A DNA stretch of 64,000 nucleotides from contig CASECF010000039.1 of NCBI GenBank assembly GCA_949286245.1, positions 6,469 to 70,468 of the forward strand. The letters are read 5' to 3'. This DNA is from an uncultured Alphaproteobacteria bacterium. Its GTDB lineage: Bacteria > Pseudomonadota > Alphaproteobacteria > CAAHEQ01 > UBA3637. The notes under the pieces were generated by a model. That model saw only the letters and a program-made list of their open reading frames with translations, did no database searches and had not been told where the DNA came from. Positions 9,864-19,610 of the stretch are shown one piece after another (the stretch's first letter is position 1; the number at the start of each line of letters is the position of its first letter). Made by a program: the position numbers and the translations under genes.

Positions 9864-11708
9864 TCAATCGTGATAAAAAGTATAGATCTTTTTTGCAATT
9901 TTTTCATTTATTCCGTCTACATTTTGTAGTTGTTCCAAAGAGGCTCCGGCAATACCTCTTGGTGAACCGAAGTGGGTGAGAAGTGCTTTTTTACGTTTTG
10001 CCCCGATTCCCTCAATTTCCGATAAGGTGTCACGAAACATATTTTGAGCTCGTTTGATTCGATGAGATCCGACCGCAAAGCGATGGGCTTCATCCCTTAA
10101 TCGTTGGATGAGATGGATTAACCGTCCTTTATAGTCGAGATGAATGGGGGTTTTGGGATCGGAGCCCAAAAAGAATGTTTCTCGGCCGGCATTTCGATCT
10201 TCTCCTTTGGCAACGGCCAGAAGAGCAATATCGTGAATATTGAGATCATTCATAATTTCTAAGACGGCGGATAATTGTCCCTTTCCACCATCAATGAGCA
10301 TGGCAGACGGAAGGTCGTTTTCCATGGCTCCTCGTGTTAAACGCCGTTTCATAACCTCTTTCATCATTCCGAAATCATCATTGGTTTTGGCAAGGCTCCC
10401 GTCAATGTTAAACCGTCTGTATCCTTTTTTAAAAAAGCCGTCAACCGTTGCGGCGATCATGGCGCCGACCGCAGCCGTTCCTTGAATGTGGCTGTTGTCG
10501 TACACCTCAACTTTATCGAGGGTTGGAATTCCGAGTAATTGACGTAATTCCTCCCAATCTTCTTTTTTGACGGTTTGTTCGGATTGAGTGCGTTCAAAAG
10601 ATTGTTTGGCATTGTTGATTGCTTGATCGAGGAGCTTTTTTCGGGCTCCTTTGAACGGCCCGTCGGAAATGTGGACAGTGTGACCGGCCTTTTGTGAGAG
10701 AGCCGCTTCTAGGTTGTCATCAACGGGATGTGAAATATAAATTTGAAAAGGAGGCGGAACGCGATCGTAAAATTGCATTAAAAAAGAGGAAAGATCTTCC
10801 GATAAAGATTGATCGTCTATCGGAGAAATCATGTGGCCGGCATTTCCTTCCGATTTTCCGGATCGATAGAAAAATATTTGAACGCAAGCCTGATTGTTTT
10901 TGAAATAGACCGCCACAATATCCGTATTTTTAATTAAAACCTGCGTGTCTGTATCCTGAATTTGATTAAGAGCAATGATTTTATCTCGTAAAACGGCCGC
11001 TTTTTCAAATTCTTCGGCATTGGCCAAAGCTTGCATTTGAAGACGCATTTTTTCTTGAATATCCGTTTTTTCTCCGCGCATAAATGCTTTGGCTTGTTTT
11101 ACCTGCTCGTCATATGCTTCTTTCGTGATATATCCGACACAAGGAGCGGAACATCGCTTAATTTGATACAAAAGGCAAGGCCTTGTTCGATTACTAAAGT
11201 ATGTATTATTACAGGTTCTAAGGCCAAATATTTTTTGAAGTTCGATAAGGGTTTGTTTGACGGCCAACCGAGAAGCGTAAGGACCGAACATCGTCCCCTT
11301 GGGTCTTGTTCCGGATCCGTAATATTTAATGATACGAGGCGTTTCCTCTTGGGTAATAATAACGTAAGGGTATCCTTTGTCATCTTTCAAAAGGATGTTA
11401 TAAAACGGCTTAAATTGTTTGATCAGATCATTTTCTAAAATCAGTGCTTCCGTTTCTCCGGCAGTTTCGATAACGATTAAATCGGCTGTTTTTGAAACCA
11501 TTTGCCGGATCCGCTGGGAAAGCTGATCCGTTCTTGTATAATTTGTTAACCTTTTTTTGAGATCTTTGGCTTTTCCGACATAGAGAACGGTTCCCTCTTC
11601 ATCCAACATACGGTATACGCCGGCGTGATGGGAGATATGCTTGATTTTTTGGTGTAAAAGATCTACCCCTCTTGGTTTTTGAATCGTCATATTTTGTATT
11701 TTATTCAT
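9864..11708 (-). CDS. uvrC: Excinuclease ABC subunit C (UvrC)
   Basis: 614 aa, N-terminal GIY-YIG (GVYRMLDEEGTVLYVGKAKDLKKRL), UvrBC-interaction region, C-terminal RNaseH-like/HhH. Confidence 0.95.
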   Translation of the reverse strand: MNKIQNMTIQKPRGVDLLHQKIKHISHHAGVYRMLDEEGTVLYVGKAKDLKKRLTNYTRTDQLSQRIRQMVSKTADLIVIETAGETEALILENDLIKQFKPFYNILLKDDKGYPYVIITQEETPRIIKYYGSGTRPKGTMFGPYASRLAVKQTLIELQKIFGLRTCNNTYFSNRTRPCLLYQIKRCSAPCVGYITKEAYDEQVKQAKAFMRGEKTDIQEKMRLQMQALANAEEFEKAAVLRDKIIALNQIQDTDTQVLIKNTDIVAVYFKNNQACVQIFFYRSGKSEGNAGHMISPIDDQSLSEDLSSFLMQFYDRVPPPFQIYISHPVDDNLEAALSQKAGHTVHISDGPFKGARKKLLDQAINNAKQSFERTQSEQTVKKEDWEELRQLLGIPTLDKVEVYDNSHIQGTAAVGAMIAATVDGFFKKGYRRFNIDGSLAKTNDDFGMMKEVMKRRLTRGAMENDLPSAMLIDGGKGQLSAVLEIMNDLNIHDIALLAVAKGEDRNAGRETFFLGSDPKTPIHLDYKGRLIHLIQRLRDEAHRFAVGSHRIKRAQNMFRDTLSEIEGIGAKRKKALLTHFGSPRGIAGASLEQLQNVDGINEKIAKKIYTFYHD

Positions 11709-11862
11709 GTGAAATAAAAAAGCAACAGAAGATCGTTTTGAAATGCTTTTTTTTCGAAAAAATCTTTTTTTGAAAAATTAAAGAGAGGCGTTTGAAAAAA
11801 AATATTGCATTTTCAATGCGATTTGATTATGATAATTGCTAATTAAACGGATCGGGAACGGT

Positions 11863-13119
11863 ATGCGATTTTTGTTTCTAGTTTTGTGCGGTCTTTTGTT
11901 CGGTTTTTTGTGTAAACCGGCCGAGGCGGTTGTGTCAACCTTGGTTGCCGATACCAAAAGCGGTCTTGTCCTTGCCTCTCGTAATGCCGATCGAGTTCAA
12001 TATCCGGCCTCGCTGACAAAAGTAATGACGCTTTATTTGACATTTGAAGCTTTGGAAGAGGGGATCCTTCAATGGGATGATCCTCTCCCTGTTTCGGAAC
12101 ATGCTTCCCGTCAACCGAAATCGAAATTGTATTTAAAGGCGGGAGATACCATCACGGTTCAAGAGGCGGTGATGGCGTTGATTATTAAGTCGGCAAATGA
12201 TGCGGCTGTTGTTTTGAGTGAGGCTTTAGCACCGAATGAAGAGACGTTTGCCGCACTGATGACGGATACGGCAGAACAATTGGGTCTTAAAAATACAACG
12301 TTTAAAAATGCTTCCGGATTACATCATCCCGATCAGGTGACAACGGCCAGTGATATGGCCGTTTTGACGATTGCCTTGATTAACCATTATCCGACATATT
12401 ACCCGTTATTTAAAAAATCATCTTTTACGTATAAAGGAAAAAAATATAATAGCCACAACATGGTGACAAGGTATTATAAGGGGGCGGAGGGTTTAAAGAC
12501 CGGATTTGTTTCGGCTGTCGGATATAATATCATTTCAACTGCCAAAAGAGATAATCAACGATTGGTTAGTGTCGTTATCGGTCAAAATAGCACAATTCGT
12601 CGAGACCGACAGGTTATTCGTCTGTTGGATAAAGGATTTGCTAAGATTAAAAAACAAAAAGAGTTATCTGTTAAGGCTAATAAAAAAGAAGAAGAATCGG
12701 CTCTAAGCCGGACGGCTCAAATCGTTAAACCTGATTTAGATACTTTTCTTTCGGTTGCAAGGAGCCAGATGGTTCAAACTAAACAGGTGGCTTCATCATA
12801 TCTGGCAAATCAACAAAAAGGAGTTTTGGGTGTTGCGTTTTTGGATATTAATGATTTTACTACTGTAGAGGAGGGGGATGCCTCTCCTGGATGGGGAGTT
12901 CAAATCGGAGCTTTTTATTCTCAAAAGTCAGCAGAACAAGCAGCTCAAAAAGCTTTAAGAATTTTGGGTGGGACGGATAAAACAATTAAAACAACGGAAT
13001 CGTATCCTTTTTTTAGATCTCGTATTTATGGCTTTGAAACTCAAAAGGAAGCTGATACGGCTTGTCAAAAACTTCGAGGTTATAAGATTCAGTGTCTGCC
13101 GTTAACGCCTATTTCTTAA
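11863..13119 (+). CDS. dacA: D-alanyl-D-alanine carboxypeptidase (PBP5/6 family) with C-terminal SPOR domain
   Basis: Signal peptide; SxxK (SLTK), SxN (SAND), KTG (LKTGF) motifs; last ~80 aa (GWGVQIGAFYSQKSAEQAAQKA...YRSRIYGFE...A...AC) resemble a SPOR peptidoglycan-binding domain. ORF track start 11836; Met at 11863 preferred. Confidence 0.8.
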   Translation: MRFLFLVLCGLLFGFLCKPAEAVVSTLVADTKSGLVLASRNADRVQYPASLTKVMTLYLTFEALEEGILQWDDPLPVSEHASRQPKSKLYLKAGDTITVQEAVMALIIKSANDAAVVLSEALAPNEETFAALMTDTAEQLGLKNTTFKNASGLHHPDQVTTASDMAVLTIALINHYPTYYPLFKKSSFTYKGKKYNSHNMVTRYYKGAEGLKTGFVSAVGYNIISTAKRDNQRLVSVVIGQNSTIRRDRQVIRLLDKGFAKIKKQKELSVKANKKEEESALSRTAQIVKPDLDTFLSVARSQMVQTKQVASSYLANQQKGVLGVAFLDINDFTTVEEGDASPGWGVQIGAFYSQKSAEQAAQKALRILGGTDKTIKTTESYPFFRSRIYGFETQKEADTACQKLRGYKIQCLPLTPIS

Positions 13120-13317
13120 CGATTTAAAAAGATGATATTTTCAGAGATTTCTTATCGTTGTCAAAAGTGGATGTTCCTTTCCTGTTGAATTTTGATGTAT
13201 GAGGCATTTTTCGAATGAGCTTTATTGTGTTCGGTTTTTGAAGGGATATAGCGATGGAAAATGATTTTTTAAGGAAAGAATACTTGCAATTCGGTGAGAG
13301 TTGTCTATAATGGAGCT

Positions 13318-14919
13318 ATGAAAATGAGAAAATATTTACTTGGGATATTTGTGGGCGTTTTTTTGATGAATCCAATGAGGAGCTTTGCTTATTTGTTGGA
13401 TGAACAAATGCTCAAGACAAAGGATCAATCGTGCTCTTTTTACTATTTAACGACAAAAAATACACAGGGTTGGTATTTTAAAACCTCTTCAGAGGCCTGC
13501 CAGAATGGTTTTTTAAACGGTTATGCCGATGTGACTGTTTATAATGCTTTTTCAAAACCGATTGAGCAAGTTTACGGATATTTTTCAAATGGCTATTGGA
13601 CAGGGGAGGAACGACTAGGAAAAAAGGAAATACTCAGTCGGGTTTCGGATGAGTATGGTATTCAAAAAGCCTTTTTTTTAGTGGATGAGGATAAAACATC
13701 GGATATTCGCTATATTGGTCAAATGAATGCCCGTAAAACTAAAGAGGGGAGTTATACACCCTTTTCGTTTTGCAAACCGTTTAAAGTGTTGGCGGTGACG
13801 CCAAATGAAGCTCTTTTCCAAAATCCACATACCGTTCAGTCTCTTTTGGATACGATTCAAAAACAAGTGCGTGAGGTTTGTCCGGATGAAGAACAGATTA
13901 TGTTTTTTGCCTCTTCGGAAAAAAAACCAACGGTAGATGATATCTTTTTTTATGCAGATGTTAATTTGAAAACCGGAGAAACGACCGTCAAACATCGGGT
14001 GAAAGAGAGTGTCGCCATGAGGGGAGATGGGAAGATACCCGTTCGGAGGGAAAAGAGTGTTGTATTGTCTCGGTTTGTCCCGAATAAAAGTACAGTATCT
14101 CTTGCTATGGCGGATCAAAAAGTCTCGGAGAATAACCCTCCGCTTGAAAAGCAACAATCTGTTTCTGAGCAAGCCGATAAAAACCGCGTCTCTTTGTCGG
14201 AACAGGATTTAATCTTGAAAAGTTCGGTATCGTCCACAGGCATTGAGGGTAATGAGTTAGGGCAAGAGTCTGCTTCGAGAGAGCGAATGTTGAAAAAAGT
14301 CGAAAAAAGCGATGAAGTCCCTCTGACTGATTTTTTGACAGAAAGTGAACGAGCGGTTTTTTTAGGGAGGGCGATCGATAAATCTTCTTTATCGGAGACG
14401 GCAGAGGAAACCGGAGCCGTTTCGGATGCTGATGATGACGAACAGCCCGTTCAATCGTTTCTTTCGGAGGATGATGAGGAAATGAAAACAACTCTTTTCT
14501 CGGATGGTTTGGAGTACGGTACCGTCAATCGTCCCGAGGCGGAAGAGTCTCAAAGCCTTCAAAAGGGACTTGATTTGAAAGAGTCGGAGAAACAAGAGAA
14601 CCCCCATATGAATACACACTCATCGGCGGAATCTCAAGTATTGGATAAAGCGGCCCACTTAAGAGTGGTCAGTAGAGTTTTGAAAAAGCCGGTTTATGGG
14701 ACGGCTATTGTTCATATTCAAAAAACGGCTGGAAATACGGCCTGGGTGGATAAACCGATTCCGCTTGTTTTACAAGGACAAAATTTAGTTCCGGAATGGG
14801 GAATTGTGTCGGGATTATTTATTTTTCCGGATGATAAAACGAAAAAGGATACGGAGGATGTTGTTCGAGTCTCTTCTTTTATGCCGTGTCAGGAGGCTTA
14901 TTGTCGTGATTTTCGATAG
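13318..14919 (+). CDS. Secreted hypothetical protein with acidic Asp/Glu-rich central region
   Basis: ORF 13294-14919; signal peptide MRKYLLGIFVGVFLMNPMRSFA; no recognisable domain. Confidence 0.5.
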   Translation: MKMRKYLLGIFVGVFLMNPMRSFAYLLDEQMLKTKDQSCSFYYLTTKNTQGWYFKTSSEACQNGFLNGYADVTVYNAFSKPIEQVYGYFSNGYWTGEERLGKKEILSRVSDEYGIQKAFFLVDEDKTSDIRYIGQMNARKTKEGSYTPFSFCKPFKVLAVTPNEALFQNPHTVQSLLDTIQKQVREVCPDEEQIMFFASSEKKPTVDDIFFYADVNLKTGETTVKHRVKESVAMRGDGKIPVRREKSVVLSRFVPNKSTVSLAMADQKVSENNPPLEKQQSVSEQADKNRVSLSEQDLILKSSVSSTGIEGNELGQESASRERMLKKVEKSDEVPLTDFLTESERAVFLGRAIDKSSLSETAEETGAVSDADDDEQPVQSFLSEDDEEMKTTLFSDGLEYGTVNRPEAEESQSLQKGLDLKESEKQENPHMNTHSSAESQVLDKAAHLRVVSRVLKKPVYGTAIVHIQKTAGNTAWVDKPIPLVLQGQNLVPEWGIVSGLFIFPDDKTKKDTEDVVRVSSFMPCQEAYCRDFR

Positions 14920-14928
14920 GATTTTGCA

Positions 14929-15729
14929 ATGAAAAAGAGATCTACTTATTCTGTTATTCTTGTTCTCCTTTTTTTAGTCTTGGCTGCATTTTTTATGTGG
15001 TATCAATCTCGAAGTGACCGTATTTTGGATGGTTATATGAAGACATATCGGTTTAACCGATCGGAGATAGCCTTCCGTTCTCTGGAGCGTCCCTTTTTCG
15101 GAGATGGTTTGATTTTGTATCAGGTTGAGTTCCCGTATTTAAGTATTCCGGTTCGTGTCGAGAAAATGGTTATGCGGGAGGAAGAGAATAAATTGGTATT
15201 GAATATGAGGGGTGTTGTTGTCCCTGTTTTAGAATCTCTTCGTATTTTAGATGCTTATCAGATTGTGTCGATTATGAAAGCGTATCGTCCGTATCAAGAT
15301 ATTTTAAAAAGGCCTTTAGAGAGCATTGCATTAACGGGTCGGGATTATTTGAAGTTTAATTTGGATTTAACGATTGATTTATCGGAACGTCCAATTAAAG
15401 TTTCGGGTTCTTTAAACGGAAAAAAACTTTTAGATGCTCAGTTTGTCGCATTTTTACAACCGGATGATCGGTTTTATCGAAACCGTTTGTTTTATTTTAT
15501 GTATGGTGACTTAGTGCAGGCTTTTGTTAGTGTTCGGGATAATGGGGTTTTGTCTGATTATATGGAATATTCCAAACAAACAGGTGTTCGATCACCGACA
15601 GAATGGGAGCAGATTGTTCATACAAATGGAGAATTAAAGAGAACTTTGACGGATATTTCAGCAAAACCGATTTCCTTAAAAGGGCTTTATCAAAATATCC
15701 CTATGGATAATATTTTGTTGGATTTTTAG
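14929..15729 (+). CDS. Membrane-anchored hypothetical protein
   Basis: 266 aa, N-terminal TM (VILVLLFLVLAAFFMWY); 10-nt gap from previous ORF suggests co-transcription. Confidence 0.5.
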   Translation: MKKRSTYSVILVLLFLVLAAFFMWYQSRSDRILDGYMKTYRFNRSEIAFRSLERPFFGDGLILYQVEFPYLSIPVRVEKMVMREEENKLVLNMRGVVVPVLESLRILDAYQIVSIMKAYRPYQDILKRPLESIALTGRDYLKFNLDLTIDLSERPIKVSGSLNGKKLLDAQFVAFLQPDDRFYRNRLFYFMYGDLVQAFVSVRDNGVLSDYMEYSKQTGVRSPTEWEQIVHTNGELKRTLTDISAKPISLKGLYQNIPMDNILLDF

Positions 15730-15742
15730 TATTTTAAATTTA

Positions 15743-15970
15743 AGCTCAATTATGAATAGGATATGATCTTTCATCAAAATCAGGAAGGAACGTATATGAG
15801 AGATCAATAAAATTATGTCGGTGTGATCCTGCCTTATGAGAAGAAATACATCACCCTTAAAGCCTAATGAACGCACAATGTCCGCAAATTATACGTGGAG
15901 TAGGCTTAATAGCATAGTAGAGCATATAAATTGTGATGACCTCTTATACACAAATCATAATGAAACCTAA
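15743..15970 (+). repeat. Copy A of a ~230-bp non-coding repeat element (AGCTCAATTATGAATAG...AATCATAATGAA) at the left boundary of the ankyrin array
   Basis: About 80-85 percent identical to 52642-52884 (same orientation) and to the reverse complement of 54404-54627. Confidence 0.65.
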
Positions 15971-16054
15971 ATTTATTTTTTTGTTGTGAGAACAGTTTTA
16001 TTTTTTTTTGTTTTCTTATTTTTAATTTTTGTACCACATTTTATCAAATAAAAG

Positions 16055-16082
16055 TTGACAAATTTTTTGTTTTGTATAAAAT
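16055..16082 (+). promoter_or_regulatory. Sigma70-type promoter (TTGACA-N16-TAAAAT) for the first ankyrin gene
   Basis: AAGTTGACAAATTTTTT motif shared with other array promoters. Confidence 0.5.
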
Positions 16083-16121
16083 ATAACTTATGTATCGTTA
16101 ATTAAAAGGAAAGAAAATATA

Positions 16122-17159
16122 ATGGCGTATTCACAAAACGAATTAATAGAACAAATGTGGCTGGCGATTCAAGAAAATGATTTAAGAGCTTTAAACGAAT
16201 TGATCCATGAAGGTGTAGATTTAGAGGCGCGTGATGAAAAGGGAGTGACGCCACTAATGCTTGCAACAATCTCTGAAAATGATGATATGGTTTCAAGAAT
16301 ATTAAAAGAGGGTGTGGATAAAGATAGCAAAGATTATTTTGGGAATACGGCCTTGATGTATTCTCTTTTGAATAAAAAAAGTAGTATCTTTAAATTATTA
16401 CTTAGGAATAAAGCTGATTTAGAAATTAAAGATGATAGAGGAAATACGGTTTTATCCACAGCTGCCAGCTTAGGAAATGTACGAGCTGTTCAGATGTTGA
16501 TTGGTGAGGGTGCTGATGTCAATACGAAAAATGACCTGAATCAAACACCGTTGATGCGTGCAGCTGACTGTCGGCAGTATGATATTATGAGACGTTTGAT
16601 TGATGCGGGAGCTTTGGTGAATCTGCAAGATAATTTTGGATATTCTTCATTGGCTCATGCCGTGATTGGCTCCAGTAAGGAGTGTGTGGAACTATTGTTG
16701 GATCGTGGTGCAGATGCCTCTCTTAAGGATCACTCCGGTTCAACCCCATTATCGCTTATTGCAGTTTTTGGAGAGTATGATGCTGATGCTATTTGGAAAA
16801 CACCAATGTCAAAGATGAAAGAATTTGGAGAAAAGCATTTAATGTTAGATGCGTTTGTGAAAAAGGGCGTGGATATCAACTCAAAAAATGCTTCCGGCCA
16901 AACGCCGTTGGTCCATTCGATTTCTGTTATGCACAATCCTGCTCTCGCTAAGCTATTTTTAGCCTATGGGGCGGATATGAAGATTCGGGATAAGTATGGG
17001 AAAAATGCTTTGGATTATGCTAAGGAACAAAAAGATCAAAGATTGATATCTCTTTTTATTGAACGAATGCGGTTATCTAAAGAACAATCTTTTGTGAGAA
17101 AAAACAAGATTGAGTCTCGGAACGGAAATATTTTATTCTTTTCAAAAGAAAGAGGATAA
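16122..17159 (+). CDS. Ankyrin-repeat protein (about 8 ANK repeats), lacks the shared C-terminal module
   Basis: Repeated G-x-TPLM-x-A-x3-G / GADxN ANK consensus throughout; RBS ggaaag. Confidence 0.85.
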   Translation: MAYSQNELIEQMWLAIQENDLRALNELIHEGVDLEARDEKGVTPLMLATISENDDMVSRILKEGVDKDSKDYFGNTALMYSLLNKKSSIFKLLLRNKADLEIKDDRGNTVLSTAASLGNVRAVQMLIGEGADVNTKNDLNQTPLMRAADCRQYDIMRRLIDAGALVNLQDNFGYSSLAHAVIGSSKECVELLLDRGADASLKDHSGSTPLSLIAVFGEYDADAIWKTPMSKMKEFGEKHLMLDAFVKKGVDINSKNASGQTPLVHSISVMHNPALAKLFLAYGADMKIRDKYGKNALDYAKEQKDQRLISLFIERMRLSKEQSFVRKNKIESRNGNILFFSKERG

Positions 17160-17493
17160 GATGAAGGAATAAAATGGAGGTGCCGATAAGGATTTATTGG
17201 ATTCTCTATTATATTCAGAGAAGATACAGTATTGAGAGTGGTTTTTCGCTGGTAAATTCTGGAATAAAGCTTGATTATAGAAACAGCTAGAGCGAGTCTG
17301 TTTTGATAAAAAGTGCTAAATTTGGAAAAATAGATATGGTTTAGTCGTTTATTTCTATTAGAGTGAATTTAGACTTGAGGGATTTTAAAGAGAATACACC
17401 ACTCTTTTTATAAAGGTAAAAATTTGGATCGAATTGAGGAGCCAAACTGTTGGATTCTCTGCTCAATTGAGATGATATTAAGGTGCGGGAAAA

Positions 17494-18264
17494 ATGAAAG
17501 TGTTGGATGAACGGTTAATAGAGGCGGTAAAGAGTTCAAATTGTTTTGAAATTGAAAAACTGATAGTTTCCGGAGTTGATCCGAATATGAGGGATTCAGA
17601 AGAGGATTTGACTGCATTAATGCAGGCGGCTCGGTGGAGTTGTACCAAGAGTTTTAAGACCTTAATAAAGGCTGGGGCAGATGTGAATATCCAAAATGAA
17701 AGAGGAGGTTGGACTGCACTGATGCTTGTATCCAGATATGGCTCTTTAGAAATGCTTGAAAGTTTATTGGATGTTGGTGTGGAGAATATAAATGCTAAAA
17801 ATAAAGAGGGATGGACGGCGTTTCATTTGGCAACCATTCGCCTTGCTAATAATGCCGGAGATCTCAAGATGCTTTATGCTTTGGCTGATGCCGGAGCAGA
17901 TCCAACCATTCCACATGAGCAGTATGGAACACTCTTGGAATTAGCTGAAAAAAATAATACACCGGATATCGCTGATATTGTCCGAAAGATAATCCAAAAA
18001 CGGGAAGATCCCGAACATCAATTATATCTATTATCTCAATGGCCGTATAAAAAGTTAGTGAATCCTTCACAAAACAGAGAAATTTTTAAGACATTATTGA
18101 AGTTGGATTGTTTAGCTCGGGTTTTCGAAACGGAAGTCATAGATAATTATGATAAATTAACGGCAGTTTATAAAGAAGTAATGCTTTATGCTCAAGATAA
18201 TCCAAAATTGAAAAGACAGATACAAAACGCATTTATTAAAAAAAGATCTTATCTCGCTAGTTAA
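17494..18264 (+). CDS. Ankyrin-repeat protein with shared C-terminal module
   Basis: ANK repeats; C-terminus YKKLVNPSQNREIFKTLLKLDCLARVFETEVIDNYDKLTAVYKEVMLYAQDNPKLKRQIQNAFIKK. Confidence 0.85.
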   Translation: MKVLDERLIEAVKSSNCFEIEKLIVSGVDPNMRDSEEDLTALMQAARWSCTKSFKTLIKAGADVNIQNERGGWTALMLVSRYGSLEMLESLLDVGVENINAKNKEGWTAFHLATIRLANNAGDLKMLYALADAGADPTIPHEQYGTLLELAEKNNTPDIADIVRKIIQKREDPEHQLYLLSQWPYKKLVNPSQNREIFKTLLKLDCLARVFETEVIDNYDKLTAVYKEVMLYAQDNPKLKRQIQNAFIKKRSYLAS

Positions 18265-18799
18265 GTGAAAATATGAACTGAGAGTTCTCTTATTGTAAAA
18301 AGTGAAGAGAATGGTCGTACATTTTTTATGTAGAAAAATTGAGATTATTGGGGTGTGGCATATTTTTATTGAGGAAAAATTTGTTTTAAAGTGTCAAGAG
18401 CTTGTTCAAATAGTATTAGGGGGATATTTGAGAGATGGGGACATTTCATACAGCCAAACAGTATCATCCAATCCGTTTAAGAAGGGCTCTTTAACATTTA
18501 TCTCGGTTTCCTTTTTCTGGCTTGGTTCAATCTAAGAAAAGACAAGATCGTTTTTAAACATTTTTTAAATTACAAGCTCTTGGAATAGTTTTAAAAGCAG
18601 GCTAAATCCAAAATTAAAATCAATTGGAATCTGTTTATAAGACTCTTAGAGAATATACTCTTGGTCGTAAAGTGAAACTGCGTTATTATGTTCTTTTTAT
18701 AAAAGAACCATGGAATTGAGATAATACTTATTAAAAACTTGATGAAATATTTATTTCGATATATCATCAATGCGTTTATTTGAATAAATAGATATTTTA

Positions 18800-19525
18800 A
18801 TGATAAAAACGTTAAATCAAAAATTGTTGCTTGCTTCAAAGGATGGATCTGAAAAAGAGGTTTCTGCCCTGTTGCGGTTGGGGGCTGATGTTGATGCGCG
18901 AGATGACAATGGTTTAACGCCGTTAATTTTTGCCTCATTTTGGGGGAATGAATCCATTGCTCGTTTGTTGATTGATCAAGGAGCCGATCTTGAAGCAAAA
19001 AGTAATTATGGCGGAACGGCTTTAGTGAAAGCCTCCGAGGCCGGACAAATCGGGATTGTTTCTTTGTTGTTAACAAAAGGAGCCAATATAGAAGCACAAG
19101 ATGAACAGGGAAATACCGCGTTGCTTGGCGCTTTAAGAACCAATGAAACGGAAACGGCTAAATTACTGCTCAAATCCGGTGCTCGTGTGCGTGTTCGGAA
19201 TGTTTGTGGAAAAACACCGATTGATTATGCTCAAATATATAGAAATCAGGAATTAATGTATTTGTTGAATAAAATAAAACAAGCTCAAGAGCTTTCTCGT
19301 TTTAAGATATCATTCATGGCCACTTTACGATTGATCTATATGAGCCAGATAAAGCCTATAAAGGAGGATCGTTCTAAACTTTTAAAACAATTACAAATTT
19401 TTGATGTAATTACGGAAGTCAGAAATATTCATTCTTTTGAGAATAAAAAAGACACGGTCATAAGGGATAATTCTCATTTTTTAATGAAAAAATCATTTTG
19501 GAGAGAACAGAAAACATATTCATAA
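18800..19525 (+). CDS. Ankyrin-repeat protein (about 5 ANK repeats), divergent C-terminus
   Basis: ANK consensus (GLTPLIFAS, GGTALVKASEAG, GNTALLGAL); no C-module. Confidence 0.8.
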   Translation: MIKTLNQKLLLASKDGSEKEVSALLRLGADVDARDDNGLTPLIFASFWGNESIARLLIDQGADLEAKSNYGGTALVKASEAGQIGIVSLLLTKGANIEAQDEQGNTALLGALRTNETETAKLLLKSGARVRVRNVCGKTPIDYAQIYRNQELMYLLNKIKQAQELSRFKISFMATLRLIYMSQIKPIKEDRSKLLKQLQIFDVITEVRNIHSFENKKDTVIRDNSHFLMKKSFWREQKTYS

Positions 19526-19552
19526 TGAAGTATTTTTTTGTTCTAAAAACAT

Positions 19553-19580
19553 TGACAAAACATTGGCGCTATGCTACAAT
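19553..19580 (+). promoter_or_regulatory. Sigma70-type promoter TTGACA-N16-TACAAT
   Basis: ACATTGACAAAAC then TACAAT 30 nt upstream of RBS gggagg and the ATG at 19611. Confidence 0.5.
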
Positions 19581-19610
19581 AACCCTCAGGATGGAACCGG
19601 GAGGTATTTC

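Noticed and set aside
18302-19097. ORFs 18302-18535 (+) and 18591-19097 (-) in the 18.3-18.8 kb intergenic region
   Set aside because: No RBS and low-complexity sequence; the minus ORF overlaps the start of the ankyrin gene at 18800. The region is more likely a non-coding spacer.
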